A stretch of DNA of 64,000 nt from an uncultured Gammaproteobacteria bacterium (GTDB taxonomy: Bacteria > Pseudomonadota > Gammaproteobacteria > Steroidobacterales > Rariloculaceae). The stretch is from positions 32,750 to 96,749 of the forward strand of contig CAVUHM010000005.1 in NCBI GenBank assembly GCA_963741255.1, read 5' to 3'. This document shows, in pieces, positions 41,583 through 51,626 of this stretch (the first letter of the stretch is position 1; the number at the start of each line of letters is the position of its first letter). The translations under genes and the position numbers were made by a program. The notes beneath the pieces were generated by a model that did no database searches, was not told the DNA's origin, and worked only from the letters and a program-made list of their open reading frames with translations.

Positions 41583-41604
41583 GGCGAAATGGCGTTTCTC
41601 GGCT

Positions 41605-43732
41605 TCAGCCGCGTGCGCGCTTTCGCTGCACCGTGGCCGTCGGTAACTCCGCGGACGGCTCGCCGATGTAGTAGCCCTGCGCGTAGTCGATGCCGTACTT
41701 CTCGAGGTGCTCGAGCGTAGCGGCGCTCCCCACGTACTCGGCGACGGTCTGCATGCCCGCGGCCCTGGCAACCTCACCGACCATCCGCACCATGGCTTGG
41801 TCCACACGGTCCCGCGCCAGCTGTTTGATGAACGACCCGTCGATCTTCAAATAGTCGACCGGCAGCCGCTTCAAGTAGCTGAACGAGCTGTAGCCGCTGC
41901 CGAAGTCATCGATCGCGAGCTGGCAACCTAGATCGCGCAACGCCACGATCTGCCGGTCCGTGTTGGCCGCGAAGCGCACGGCGAGCTGCTCGGTGATCTC
42001 GAGCACGAGCCGATCGCCGGAGACACCGTGATCGTTCAGCTGCGTGCGCAGGTAGCTGCCCAAGTGCTCGTCCTCGAACGCGTACCCGCGTGACGTTCGT
42101 GCCGAGCTTCACGTTCGCCTGCGGCCCGATCTCGGCCAGAGCGCGCACCACGCGGCGTAGCACCCAGCGATCGATGTCGGCCATCAACCCGAAGCGGAAT
42201 GCCGCGGGCAGCAGCGAGTCCGGACCGATGATCCCTTCTTCGGTCGGCAGGCGCAGCAGCGTCTCGTAGTGCGAGATCGTGCCGGTCTTGATGTGCATCA
42301 GCGGCTGGTAGTACAGCTGGAACCGATCGTGCTCGAGCGCGTCGCGTAGCAGATTCATCATCGTGACGTCTTTCGAGATCTGCTCGCTCTGCTTGCCGGC
42401 CGGGCTGTAGACCTCGACGCGATTGCGCCCGCGCACCTTCGCCGATTGGCAAGCGATGTCCGCTTGGGCGATCACCTCGTGCGAGCTGATCCGGTCGCCG
42501 TGGAACGCCGTGACGCCGATGCTGCATTGCAAATGGAACACCCGTTCGTTCTCGACGTGCTTCAAGCCGCGCATCAGCTCGAGCACCTTGCTCGCGAGGA
42601 CCTTGGCCTCATGGCGCGACACATCGCGCGCGAGCACGACGAACTCGTCGCCGCCGAACCGCGCCAGGAAGTCCTGCGGTCGAATCGCGTAGCGCAGCTG
42701 TTGCGCCGCGAGCTGCAGCAGGTGATCGCCGGACGCATGACCGCACGTGTCGTTCACATACTTGAATTGGTCGAGGTCGATGAAGAACAGAGCGCCGCGG
42801 GCGTGCTCGGCGGAGCAGCGCGCGAGCTCCGCATTCAGCTCGGCGACGAGCCGGTGCCGATTCGCGAGGCCCGTGAGCTGGTCGTGGTTTGCGAGGTGCA
42901 GCAGCCGTTGCTCGCGTTTGCGGAGCGCGAGCGTGGTCTCCTCGAGCGCCGTGACGATCGAGCGCAGCTCCGAGTGCGGGGAGCTTGGGAATCGGACTTC
43001 GGTGTCGCCGGCCGCGAGCTCGCCGAGCGACTGTTGGAGCGCAGAAAGCGGCGCGAGCGCGTTCTTCAGGAACCACCGGCCGCAGATCCACCATACGGCC
43101 AGCAGCAGCAACAGCACACCGCTGGCGACCGCGAGGCGCGGCCACAACGCGCTCTCGTACGCGGAGAAGTCGAGGTCGACGCTGACGAAGCCGAGCAGTT
43201 GAACCGTCGCCTCGACGGCCGCCGGGTCGTCGGCGAACAGGGCTCCTTCGGGCAGCGTCTCGGTCCAGATCGGCCCGGACAGCCGATACCGCTGGCCGCC
43301 GTTCGCATCCTCGGTGAGAAGGTAGGAGCTCTGCTCGCCGGCGCGTGCCGCGAGCTCTGTTGCGATGTCGGCGGAGAGCGGGGTCGCAACGTTCGCGGAA
43401 GTGCCGGTCTCGTCCAGCGACAACAACGCCGCGCCCTCGGCGCCGTACCACGTCACGCGCTCGATTTCGGGGTATTTCGCGATGAAGCGTTCGACGTCGA
43501 GCAACGCGCCGCCGGCGTCCGTGAGATAGAACGGCGCGCCGAGCTCGTTCAGCTCGTCGGCCCATTGCCCGGCCCAGTGCTCGAGGTTGTTGCGGACGAC
43601 GGATCCGGAAGTCCAGGCGAGCCCAGTGACGGCGACGAGGCCGGCCAGCGCAGTCACGGCGAGCTGCGCGCCGAGCACCTCGTGCACGAGGCTGCGGCTG
43701 CCGCTCGCCGCCGGCCGCTCAGTCGGGCTCAC
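41605..43732 (-). pseudogene. Membrane sensor GGDEF-EAL protein (diguanylate cyclase/phosphodiesterase), frameshift near 42070-42100
   Basis: ORF 41906-43732 has a TM segment, a periplasmic region, a second TM segment, the RPQD I-site with GGDEF, and the start of the EAL domain (YYQPL...ETLLRLP). ORF 41605-42063 carries the rest (LEITEQ, DDFGSGYSS, KIDGSF, QGYY). Confidence 0.85.
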
Positions 43733-44753
43733 GGGTCACCCAGCGCGAGATCGAGATCGGCGGCAGGCCGAGTGTCGTTGCGACGCTCTGATTGACCTCG
43801 AACGCGGCGGCCGAGAGCGGCGTCATCGGGTGAAGATCATCGGTACGTCCCGCCACGACGCGCTCGACGATCCGCGTGACGGTGGAGGCGACATCGGCAG
43901 GGACGCTCGTCACGCTCAACAACGCACCGCGCCGCAGCAGGGCCTCGTTGAACGTGAGCACGCCGATGCCGCGCGCCAACGCGTAGCTCAGTATCTCGCG
44001 CAGCGCGGTCGGGCTCAGTGCCTCAGTGTCCGGGAGCAACCACAGCCCGTCCACGCCGGCGGCGAGACGGCGGAACAGATACATCGTCTCGCGATCCGAC
44101 GACGAGGCTTCGAGGACGAGATCCGTCGCCGAGTCGCGCGCGGCCTGTTGAGCTTCCGTCGCGAGCGCGGCGCTCGCGTTACTGACGATCAGCGCGACCG
44201 TGCGCAGCGCGGGATCGATCGCCTTCCACGTCGATAGTTGCAGCGTGAGCGGCGGCAATGAAGGGACGCCCCAGACGTTCTCGCCGTCGGCGAGCAGCTC
44301 TTCGGACGCGAGCACCTGACAGAACACCAATGGCTTGCTCGGCAATTGCGCGCGGGCGGCCGTGACGGCGTTCGAGCCGACGGCGACCACGATCACGCGT
44401 CGCTCGCGAAGCGGCTCGAAGGCGGCCGTGTCGTCGCTCACGATCTGTTCGACGCGGTAGAGCCGCGGATCGAGCGCCGCTGCGATCTCGGCCGCGACCA
44501 CGGCGTGACTCGGTGCGCTCGAGTCGATGACGAGCGCGATCTCAGCTCTCGTCGGCGCAGGGCGCGGCCGTGTCGGTGTGACCGGAGTCGGGGTGACGAT
44601 CGGTTCGGGTGGAGTGGGCTCCGCGATCGCTACGGGCAGCGGCTCCTCGACGGGCGGGGGCGGCTCGACGCTCGCGCAGCCGGCCACGCAAAGAATGAGG
44701 AGCGCGGCTGAAGCGCGCGCGAAGCGGTCCATTGGCTGGGCGCAGTTTCCCAT
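43719..44753 (-). CDS. Lipoprotein of the ABC-transporter substrate-binding-like family (ABC_sub_bind type)
   Basis: Intact ORF. MDRFARASAALLILCVAGCAS lipobox (start at 44753 or 44732), a Pro-rich linker, then a periplasmic-binding-protein fold pattern. It overlaps the downstream GGDEF-EAL gene by 14 nt. Confidence 0.7.
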   Translation of the reverse strand: MGNCAQPMDRFARASAALLILCVAGCASVEPPPPVEEPLPVAIAEPTPPEPIVTPTPVTPTRPRPAPTRAEIALVIDSSAPSHAVVAAEIAAALDPRLYRVEQIVSDDTAAFEPLRERRVIVVAVGSNAVTAARAQLPSKPLVFCQVLASEELLADGENVWGVPSLPPLTLQLSTWKAIDPALRTVALIVSNASAALATEAQQAARDSATDLVLEASSSDRETMYLFRRLAAGVDGLWLLPDTEALSPTALREILSYALARGIGVLTFNEALLRRGALLSVTSVPADVASTVTRIVERVVAGRTDDLHPMTPLSAAAFEVNQSVATTLGLPPISISRWVTREPD

Positions 44754-44853
44754 AGTGGAACTGCCAGCCTACGAGGGGGCCTCCGCCGGGGGAGTGCTGG
44801 GCTTCACACATCCTGCCCGCCCATGGGGCGGGGGACGGAAAAGTGGGCTTTTT

Positions 44854-45345
44854 TCAGCCTCCGCCGGTGCCGAGATACGGCAACAAGCGCCCGTACGACA
44901 GCACGCCGAACCAGAACACGAGCGACAGAACGCCGACGACTTTTGCGCTGCCCGGCGTCGGGTCGTTAGGGCCGAGCTTCAAGATCTGCGGCTCGACCTT
45001 CGTGAAATAGACCAGGAAGTTGATGCCGGCGAGGACGATGAAACTCATCTTCACCCAGAACGCGTAGTTCTGAAAATACGTATTCGGGTCGCCGAACAAA
45101 AATCCCAGGCCCGAGATCAGATTGATCGCGAACGAGCCGATCGCGAGCGGCATCAGGCTGTGCACTGCGGACAGCGGAATGATGCGTTGCAAGCCGATCA
45201 GCCGCAGATCCATGATCAGCAACGAGCCCATCAACGTGCACAGCGCGAGGAAGTGCAACGACTCGAGCGTCGGCCAGCTCCACGCATAGCCGATCACGAG
45301 CTGGTTGATCGGCGTGCTGAGCATCCAATCCATCAGGGCATCCAT
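44854..45345 (-). CDS. Integral membrane protein (multi-TM, unknown function)
   Basis: Intact 163-aa ORF. Paralogous in pattern to 45355-45873 (DLRLIG / DLRVLG, INLISG / INFLSG, trailing GRLL / GRLTAYL). Confidence 0.6.
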   Translation of the reverse strand: MDALMDWMLSTPINQLVIGYAWSWPTLESLHFLALCTLMGSLLIMDLRLIGLQRIIPLSAVHSLMPLAIGSFAINLISGLGFLFGDPNTYFQNYAFWVKMSFIVLAGINFLVYFTKVEPQILKLGPNDPTPGSAKVVGVLSLVFWFGVLSYGRLLPYLGTGGG

Positions 45346-45354
45346 GTTCGGCTC

Positions 45355-45873
45355 CTATAGATAGGCCGTCAGGCGGCCCATGATGATCGCGACGATCCAG
45401 ATCACGATCGCGGCCCCAGCAATCGCCTTCGTGCTGCCCGGGAGTGGACCGGTGCCTGCATTCGCGACCGCGGGCTGCAATATCCCCGCGGTGACTGCGC
45501 CGAGGAGCACGAGGCCCATCTTCGTCAAGAAGACCCAGTCCACCATGTAGGAGATGGCCTGCGCCGAGAACAACGCGCTGCCCGACAAAAAGTTGATGCC
45601 GAAGCCGATCCACGCGATCCCGAAGAACCGCTTCAAGGCCGGCAGCGGAATTCCGGAGAAAAAGCCCAGCACACGCAGATCGATCACGAGCGACAGACCC
45701 ACCATGACCGCCATGCCGATCGCATGCAGCGCGATCATCGATGGGTAGCCCGGCGTCGAGCTGCGTACGCACTCGCCGAGACCGCTGGCTTCGAGCCAGC
45801 CCAAGAATCCCGCCTGCGTGGCCTCTACCCCGTGCACGCATTCGGCGAGCCCGACGGCTTCTAAAAATCCCAC
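45355..45873 (-). CDS. Integral membrane protein, paralog of 44854-45345
   Basis: Intact 172-aa ORF located 9 nt upstream of its paralog, with the same TM pattern. Confidence 0.6.
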   Translation of the reverse strand: MGFLEAVGLAECVHGVEATQAGFLGWLEASGLGECVRSSTPGYPSMIALHAIGMAVMVGLSLVIDLRVLGFFSGIPLPALKRFFGIAWIGFGINFLSGSALFSAQAISYMVDWVFLTKMGLVLLGAVTAGILQPAVANAGTGPLPGSTKAIAGAAIVIWIVAIIMGRLTAYL

Positions 45874-45984
45874 GGAGAATCCCCCAACACGCGCTGTTCA
45901 AATTGTTATGCGGCCAGACTAGCTGCAAGCCCGTGCGGCTGTCCAGTGCGCGAGCCCCAAGAAAAATCTAGATGTTTCGCGCTG

Positions 45985-46014
45985 TTGCCATGCTCTCCTT
46001 GCGTCGCCTATAGT
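45985..46014 (+). promoter_or_regulatory. Candidate sigma70-type promoter (TTGCCA, 18 nt spacer, TATAGT) for the transporter at 46025
   Basis: The hexamers are at 45985-45990 and 46009-46014. The ATG at 46025 lies only about 4 nt beyond the expected transcription start, which implies a near-leaderless mRNA. Confidence 0.4.
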
Positions 46015-46024
46015 CGGCCGCCGA

Positions 46025-47432
46025 ATGGCCGCCGCTTCGCAGTCCGTCGAAAACACCGCGCTCGCCCGCGTCGGTTTGCGGCTTTCCGAGTGGTTCGAAA
46101 AATGGTTTCCCGACGCGTTCGTGCTCGCGCTCGCGGCCGTCGCGATCGTATTCCTCGCGAGCCTCGCCGCCGGCAGCTCGGTGCTCGACACGGCAGAGGC
46201 GTTCGGCGCCGGGTTCTGGGGCCTCGTCGCATTCACGATGCAGATGTCGATGATCGTCGTGACGGGCTACGCCGTCGCGACGTCGCCGCCCGTCTACAAG
46301 GTCGTGCGGCTGCTCGCGGCCGTGCCGACGACGGGACGCGGCGCGGCCGCATACGTCGGGTTGTTCTCGATGCTCACGTCGCTCGTGTCGTGGAGCTTCA
46401 GCCTGATTTTCAGCGCGTTGCTGGCTCGCGAGATCGCACATCGCGTGCGCGGCTCGGACTATCGCGCGATCGGGGCGGCCGCCTATCTCGGCGTCGGCAG
46501 CGTGTGGGCGCTCGGCATGTCGTCGTCGGCGGCGCTGATCATGGCCACGCCGGCCTCGCTGCCCGACTCGATCGAGAACGTCACGGGCATCATTCCGCTC
46601 AGCCAGACGCTCGGGCCTTTGGCAGAGCTTGACGATCGCGGGATTGCTGATCGTGGTCTCGATGGCCGTCTCGTACTATTCCGCGCCGAGCCAAGCTCAC
46701 GCGAAGTCGATGGCCGACATGGGCGTCAGCTACGCGCCGGCGACGGGCGACATCGGGCGGCGAACGACGCCGGGCGAGTGGCTCGAGTACAGCCCGCTGC
46801 TGACGATCGTCGTCTGCGTGCTCGGCTTCGGCTATCTGTTGCGCGAGGTGATGGCGAACGGGCTCAGCGTTTTGCTGCAGCTGAATCACTACATCTTCCT
46901 GTTCCTGATGGTCGGCTTGTTGCTGCACTGGCGGCCGCGGTCGTTCGTGCAGGCGATCGCGGCGTCGGTCACGCCGGTCGGTGGAGTACTGATTCAGTAT
47001 CCGATGTACGCGGGCATCGTCGAGATGCTGACGAGGTCGGGTCTCGCGGAGCAGTTGTCGCGGTTTTTCGTGTCGATCGCGAACGAGCACACGTATCCGG
47101 TGCTCGTCGGAATTTACTCGGCGTTCCTCGGGGTTGTTCATTCCGTCCGCCGGTGGCAAATGGCTGATCGAAGCGCCGTATCTGCTCGACGCGGCCATCG
47201 AGCTCGAGGTGCACTTGGGCTGGGTCGTGCAGACGTACAACGCGACCGAGGCGCTCGCGAATCTGATTCATCCGTTCTGGATGCTGCCGCTCGTCGGCAT
47301 CCTCGGGCTCAAGGCACGTGACATCGTCGGTTACTCGATGCTGCAGTTCGTCGTGCACGTGCCGCTCGTGCTGTTTCTCGTCTGGGCTCTGAACTACACG
47401 CTGACATACGTGCCGCCCGTGCTGCCTCGTAG
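46025..47432 (+). pseudogene. Short-chain fatty acid transporter (AtoE family), at least two +1 frameshifts; 3-prime end approximate
   Basis: Pieces lie in ORFs 46025-47167, 46629-47321 and 47134-47955 (RLSEWFEKWFPDAF ... GVLIQYPMYAGIVEML ... FIPSAGGKWLIEAPYLL ... LIHPFWMLP). Hydrophobic sequence ends at ...YVPPVLP, and a TAG at 47430-47432 is in another frame. Confidence 0.8.
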
Positions 47433-47441
47433 GGCGGCTCC

Positions 47442-48107
47442 ATGGTCGAGCGAGGTCGTCGCAGGATCGAGTGTTCTACTCGGCGATGGCGCTCGCGATC
47501 ATCGTGCTCGCGGCCGGCTTCGCTCCCGACGTTCTATGCGCGCGGCCTCCGATCTTCCGCCGTTGCCGACGCGCGGCGTTGCTGCACGGTATCGCGGGGA
47601 CCGCATGGCTGTCGCTGTTCGCGATCCAGTGCGTCTTGATCGCGACCAGTCGGGTGGAGTGGCACCGTCGCCTCGGCGTGTTCGGCGTCGTGCTTGCGAT
47701 GGCCTTCGTCGTGAGTGGCATTGCCGTGATCGCGGGACTCGAGGGCGCTCACATCGGGGAGTCGGGCGCGGCGCTTGCGGCGCACTGTTCACGAATGGCG
47801 CGCCACTGACCGCGTTCGCGCTGCTCGTTGCGCGCGGGGCTGTGGCAACGCCGCGTGGCAGCGCGGCACAAACGCTTGATGCTGTTGGCCGCGGTCGTGC
47901 TCACGCCGCCGGCGATCGGCCGTTTGTTCGCGCACCTCGGATTTGTCGCATCTGAATCTGCTCGCATACGCGTCGCTCGCGTTCGCGAATGCGGTGTACG
48001 ACGTGTGGGCTCGTGGGCGCCCGCATCCGGTATCGCTGTTCGGAGCGACGGCGCTCGTTGCGATCGATGTGACGACGACGGTGTGGCTCGCCGCGGTCGG
48101 GTCGTAG
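47442..48107 (+). pseudogene. Multi-TM membrane protein of unknown function, several frameshifts
   Basis: Hydrophobic segments are scattered over three frames: FYSAMALAIIVLAAGFAP, LLHGIAGTAWLSLFAIQCVLIATSRVEWHRRLGVFGVVLAMAFVVSGIAVIAG, HKRLMLLAAVVLTPPAIGRLFAHLG and LLAYASLAFANAVYDVW...VAIDVTTTVWLAAVGS-stop. Confidence 0.45.
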
Positions 48108-48141
48108 CGCGCCGCGCGCTTGCTTGGCCGCACCGACGGTC

Positions 48142-48320
48142 TCGCCGTACGCGCTCACGAAGGTTGCTCCCGACCGACGGTCTCGCGCACAGGCGCTCAC
48201 GAATTCGCTCCTGCAATTCCTGCACGACCGCCATGCGCATGGCGGCGATGTGCGCAGACGAGCCCCAGGGACGGTCTTCCGGCGTGTCTCGGGAGCAACC
48301 TTCGTGAGCGCGTACGGCGA
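48142..48320. repeat. 179-bp unit bounded by perfect 30-bp terminal inverted repeats (MITE-like or long hairpin)
   Basis: TCGCCGTACGCGCTCACGAAGGTTGCTCCC at 48142-48171 is the exact reverse complement of 48291-48320. A degenerate direct copy of the left arm lies at 48173-48211. The unit sits between convergent genes, 4 nt from the rlmJ stop. Confidence 0.6.
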
Positions 48321-48324
48321 AGGG

Positions 48325-49155
48325 CTAGCGATAGCTTCCGGCGCCGTCTCGACCGAGTCGGGCAGCGAGCCAGGGCAGGGCCTCTCTCAGCTCGTCGTCG
48401 AGCTGCCACGGCGGGTTCACGACGAACACGCCGCTGCCGCACGAGCCCGCGCTCGGCGCCGGGGCGTGTCACGCAGAGCTCGTAGAGTCGCGATCTCGGC
48501 GCGGAACGCCGCACGCAGTGCGCGCTCGTAGCGGTCGACCCAGTGTCGCTCGATCACGGGATACCAGATCGCGATCACGCCAGTCGCGAGGCGCTTGATG
48601 CACCTTCGCGGCCGCGTCGATGACCTGCGCGGTGCTCGTTGTCGATCTCGTACGACGGGTCGATGAACAGCAGCGCGCGCTTGTCGGGTGGCGGCACGAG
48701 GCCTATGCAGCCTAGGAGCCCGTCCTCGCGCAGCACTTTGACGCGTGCGATCGCCGTCGGTCGCGCGCACGAGCGCCCGGTGCTCGGCCGGATGCAGCTC
48801 GAACAAGAACAGCTTGTCGATCGGTCGCAGCGATCTCGCGCGCGAGCCACGGCGACCCGGGATAGCGCCTGCAGCGGACCGCCCGCGTTGTAGCGCTCGA
48901 CCAAGCTCGAGCCAGCGCGCGACGGCGGATGGCGCATCGCGCGCACCCCAGAGCTTGCCGACGCCGCGTGTCGTGCTCACGGTTCCTGCGCGCGGCGCCG
49001 CGCGCAAGTCGTAGCCGCCGGCGCCCGCGTGCGTGTCGATGTAGCGCAGCGGCTTTGTCCTTCGCGACGAGCCGCGCGAGCAACGCCGTGAGCACGGTGT
49101 GCTTCAGCACGTCGGCGTGGTTGCCGGCGTGGTAGCCGTGCTGGTAGCTCAGCAT
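48325..49155 (-). pseudogene. rlmJ: 23S rRNA (adenine2030-N6)-methyltransferase RlmJ, at least five frameshifts
   Basis: MLSYQHGYHAGNHADVLKHTVL matches the E. coli RlmJ N-terminus. Later blocks lie in other frames: IDTHAGAGGYDL, RYPGSPWLARE, LFELHPAEH, ALLFIDPSYE, RLATGVIAIWYPVIERHWVDRY and GVFVVNPPWQLDDELREALPWL. Confidence 0.85.
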
Positions 49156-49268
49156 CCGCAAGCTTCTCCCGTTGCGAGCGCGCGATACTGACACCGACGC
49201 GCCGAGCGTGTCACGCGACGCGTCTTCTCATGGCGGGTTATATTGCCGCCTCCAACGCGAGGTAAGAC

Positions 49269-50718
49269 ATGAGCTCACACGACGTCCGCAGCGCCGAACG
49301 ACCGGCTCCGGACCGGCTGTTGACCGAAATCGCCGACTACGTGCTGAACTTCCGCGCCGACAGCACTGAAGCGCGGCGGATCGCGCGTTACTGCCTCATG
49401 GACACGCTCGGCTGCGGCATGCTCGCGCTCGGCTTTCCGGCCTGCACGAAACTGCTCGGGCCCGGTGGTGCCGGGCGCGGAGCTCGTGGGCGGCGCGCGC
49501 GTTCCGGGCACGCGTCACGAGCTCGATCCCGTCGCGGCCGCGTTCAACATCGGCGCAATGGTCCGCTGGCTCGACTTCAACGACACGTGGCTCGCGGCCG
49601 AGTGGGGTCATCCGTCCGACAATCTCGGCGCGATACTCGCGGTCGCAGACTATCTCGCACGCAAGCGTGTCGCGCGGCCGCTGACGATGGGCGACGTGCT
49701 GACGGCCATGATCCAAGCGCACGAGATCCAGGGCGTGCTCGCGCTGAACCACAGCTTCAACCGCGTCGGCCTCGATCACGTGCTGCTCGTGCGCGTCGCG
49801 AGCACGGCCGTCGCCGACGCGTTTGCTCGGCGGCAATCGCGACCAGATCGTGAACGCGGTGTCGAACGCGTGGCTCGACGGCGGCGCGCTGCGCAGCCTA
49901 CCGCCACGCGCCGAACACGGGCTCGCGCAAGAGCTGGGCCGCGGGCGACGCGACGAGCCGCGGTGTTCGGCATGCGCTGATGGCATTGACTGGCGAGATG
50001 GGTTATCCGTCGGCTCTTACCGCGAAGGGCTGGGGCTTTCAGGACGTGTTGTTCAAAGGGCGCACGATCGCGCTCGAGCGCCCGCTCGCTTCGTACGTCA
50101 TGGAGAACGTGCTGTTCAAGATCTCGTTCCCGGCCGAGTTTCACGCGCAGACAGCGGTCGAGGCCGCGCTCGCGCTGCATCCGGCCGTCGCGGATCGGCT
50201 CGATGACATCGAGCGAATCGCGATCGAAACGCAGGAGCCCGGTGTGCGAATCATCGATAAGACCGGGTCCGCTCGCGAATCCCGCCGACCGCGATCACTG
50301 CCTGCAGTACATGGTCGCGGTGCCGCTCGTGTTCGGCCGCTTGACGGCCGAGGACTACGAGGACGAAGTCGCGCGCGATCCGCGTATCGATGCGTTGCGC
50401 GCGAGGATGGTCGTCGCGGAGAACCCAGGGTTCAGCCGTGACTACTTGGACGCCGACAAGCGCGCGATCGGCAACGCCGTGCAGGTTTTCTTCAAGGACG
50501 GCTCGCAAACGCAACGTATCGCGATCGACTATCCCGTCGGTCATCGACGCCGGCGCGAGGAGGGAATTCCTTTGCTGGTCGACAAATTCGAGCGCAGCCT
50601 CGCGACGCGGCTCGCGCCCGAGCAATGCGCGCGGATCACGGACGCCTGCGTGGATCAGGCGCGATTCGAGGCGCTGCCCGTCGCAGAGTTCATCGCGTTG
50701 TGGGTGCCGCAGTCGTGA
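49269..50718 (+). pseudogene. prpD: 2-methylcitrate dehydratase PrpD, four +1 frameshifts
   Basis: Consecutive pieces lie in ORFs 49269-49853, 49465-49980, 49823-50206, 49980-50441 and 50203-50718. Examples are [65 protein letters not shown] and [19 protein letters not shown]. Confidence 0.9.
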
Positions 50719-51626
50719 GCACCGGCAAGAAGTTCCGTCGGCTCGTCGCGAAGCGCGCGCCGCTGCAGATCCCGGGCGCGGTCAACGCGTACTGCGCATT
50801 GCTCGCGCAGCGCGCGGGATTCGAGGCGTTGTATCTGTCGGGTGCCGGCGTCGCGAACGCGTCGTTCGGTCTGCCGGATCTAGGGATCACGGCTCTCGGC
50901 GACGTGCTCGAGGATGCGCGGCGAATCACGGCGGCCGTCGACTTGCCGTTGCTCGTCGACGTCGACACGGGATTCGGCAGCGCATTCAACATTGCTCGCA
51001 CCGTGCGCGAAATGGAGCGCGCCGGTGTTGCGGCGATCCACATCGAGGACCAGGAGCAGGCGAAGCGCTGCGGTCACCGGCCGAACAAAGCGACGGTCGA
51101 CGTCGCGGAGATGTGCGACCGCCTCAAGGCCGCTGTCGACGCGCGCCACGATGACGCGTTCGTGATCATGGCGCGGACGGATGCGTTCGCGCGCGAAGGC
51201 CGCGAGGCGGCGCTAGAGCGCGCCGGTGCATACGTCGCTGCCGGCGCCGACATGCTCTTCGCGGAGGCGCTACATACGCTCGACGACTACGCCGCGTTTG
51301 CACGTGGCGTTCGGGTTCCAGTGCTCGCGAACCTCACGGAGTTCGGCTTGACGCCGTACTTCACCGTGGACGAGCTCGCGAAAGCCGGCGTGAAGCTCGT
51401 GCTGTACCCGCTGTCGGCGTTTCGCGCGATGAGTCGCGCAGCGGAGCGCGTCTACGCGGCGATCCGCTCGGAAGGCACGCAGCGCGGTGTCATCGATGCG
51501 ATGCAAACGCGCGAAGAACTGTACGGCGTGCTCGATTACTACGACTACGAGCGCAGGCTCGATGCGCTGTTTGCGACGAACGACAAGACGCGGCAGCAGA
51601 AACGCGCGCGGAAGAAACGACGCTAG
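50715..51626 (+). CDS. prpB: Methylisocitrate lyase PrpB
   Basis: The GTG start overlaps the prpD stop (GTGA). [30 protein letters not shown]...DTGFG...[18 protein letters not shown]...ARTDA. Part of ORF 50625-51626. Intact. Confidence 0.9.
   Translation: MSTGKKFRRLVAKRAPLQIPGAVNAYCALLAQRAGFEALYLSGAGVANASFGLPDLGITALGDVLEDARRITAAVDLPLLVDVDTGFGSAFNIARTVREMERAGVAAIHIEDQEQAKRCGHRPNKATVDVAEMCDRLKAAVDARHDDAFVIMARTDAFAREGREAALERAGAYVAAGADMLFAEALHTLDDYAAFARGVRVPVLANLTEFGLTPYFTVDELAKAGVKLVLYPLSAFRAMSRAAERVYAAIRSEGTQRGVIDAMQTREELYGVLDYYDYERRLDALFATNDKTRQQKRARKKRR

Noticed and set aside
48124-48531. ORFs on both strands that encode the same peptide GATFVSAYGE (48124-48531 plus, 47901-48200 minus)
   Set aside because: This is a direct consequence of the perfect 30-bp inverted repeat. 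The surrounding translations are Arg-rich nonsense, and the plus ORF runs antisense through rlmJ.
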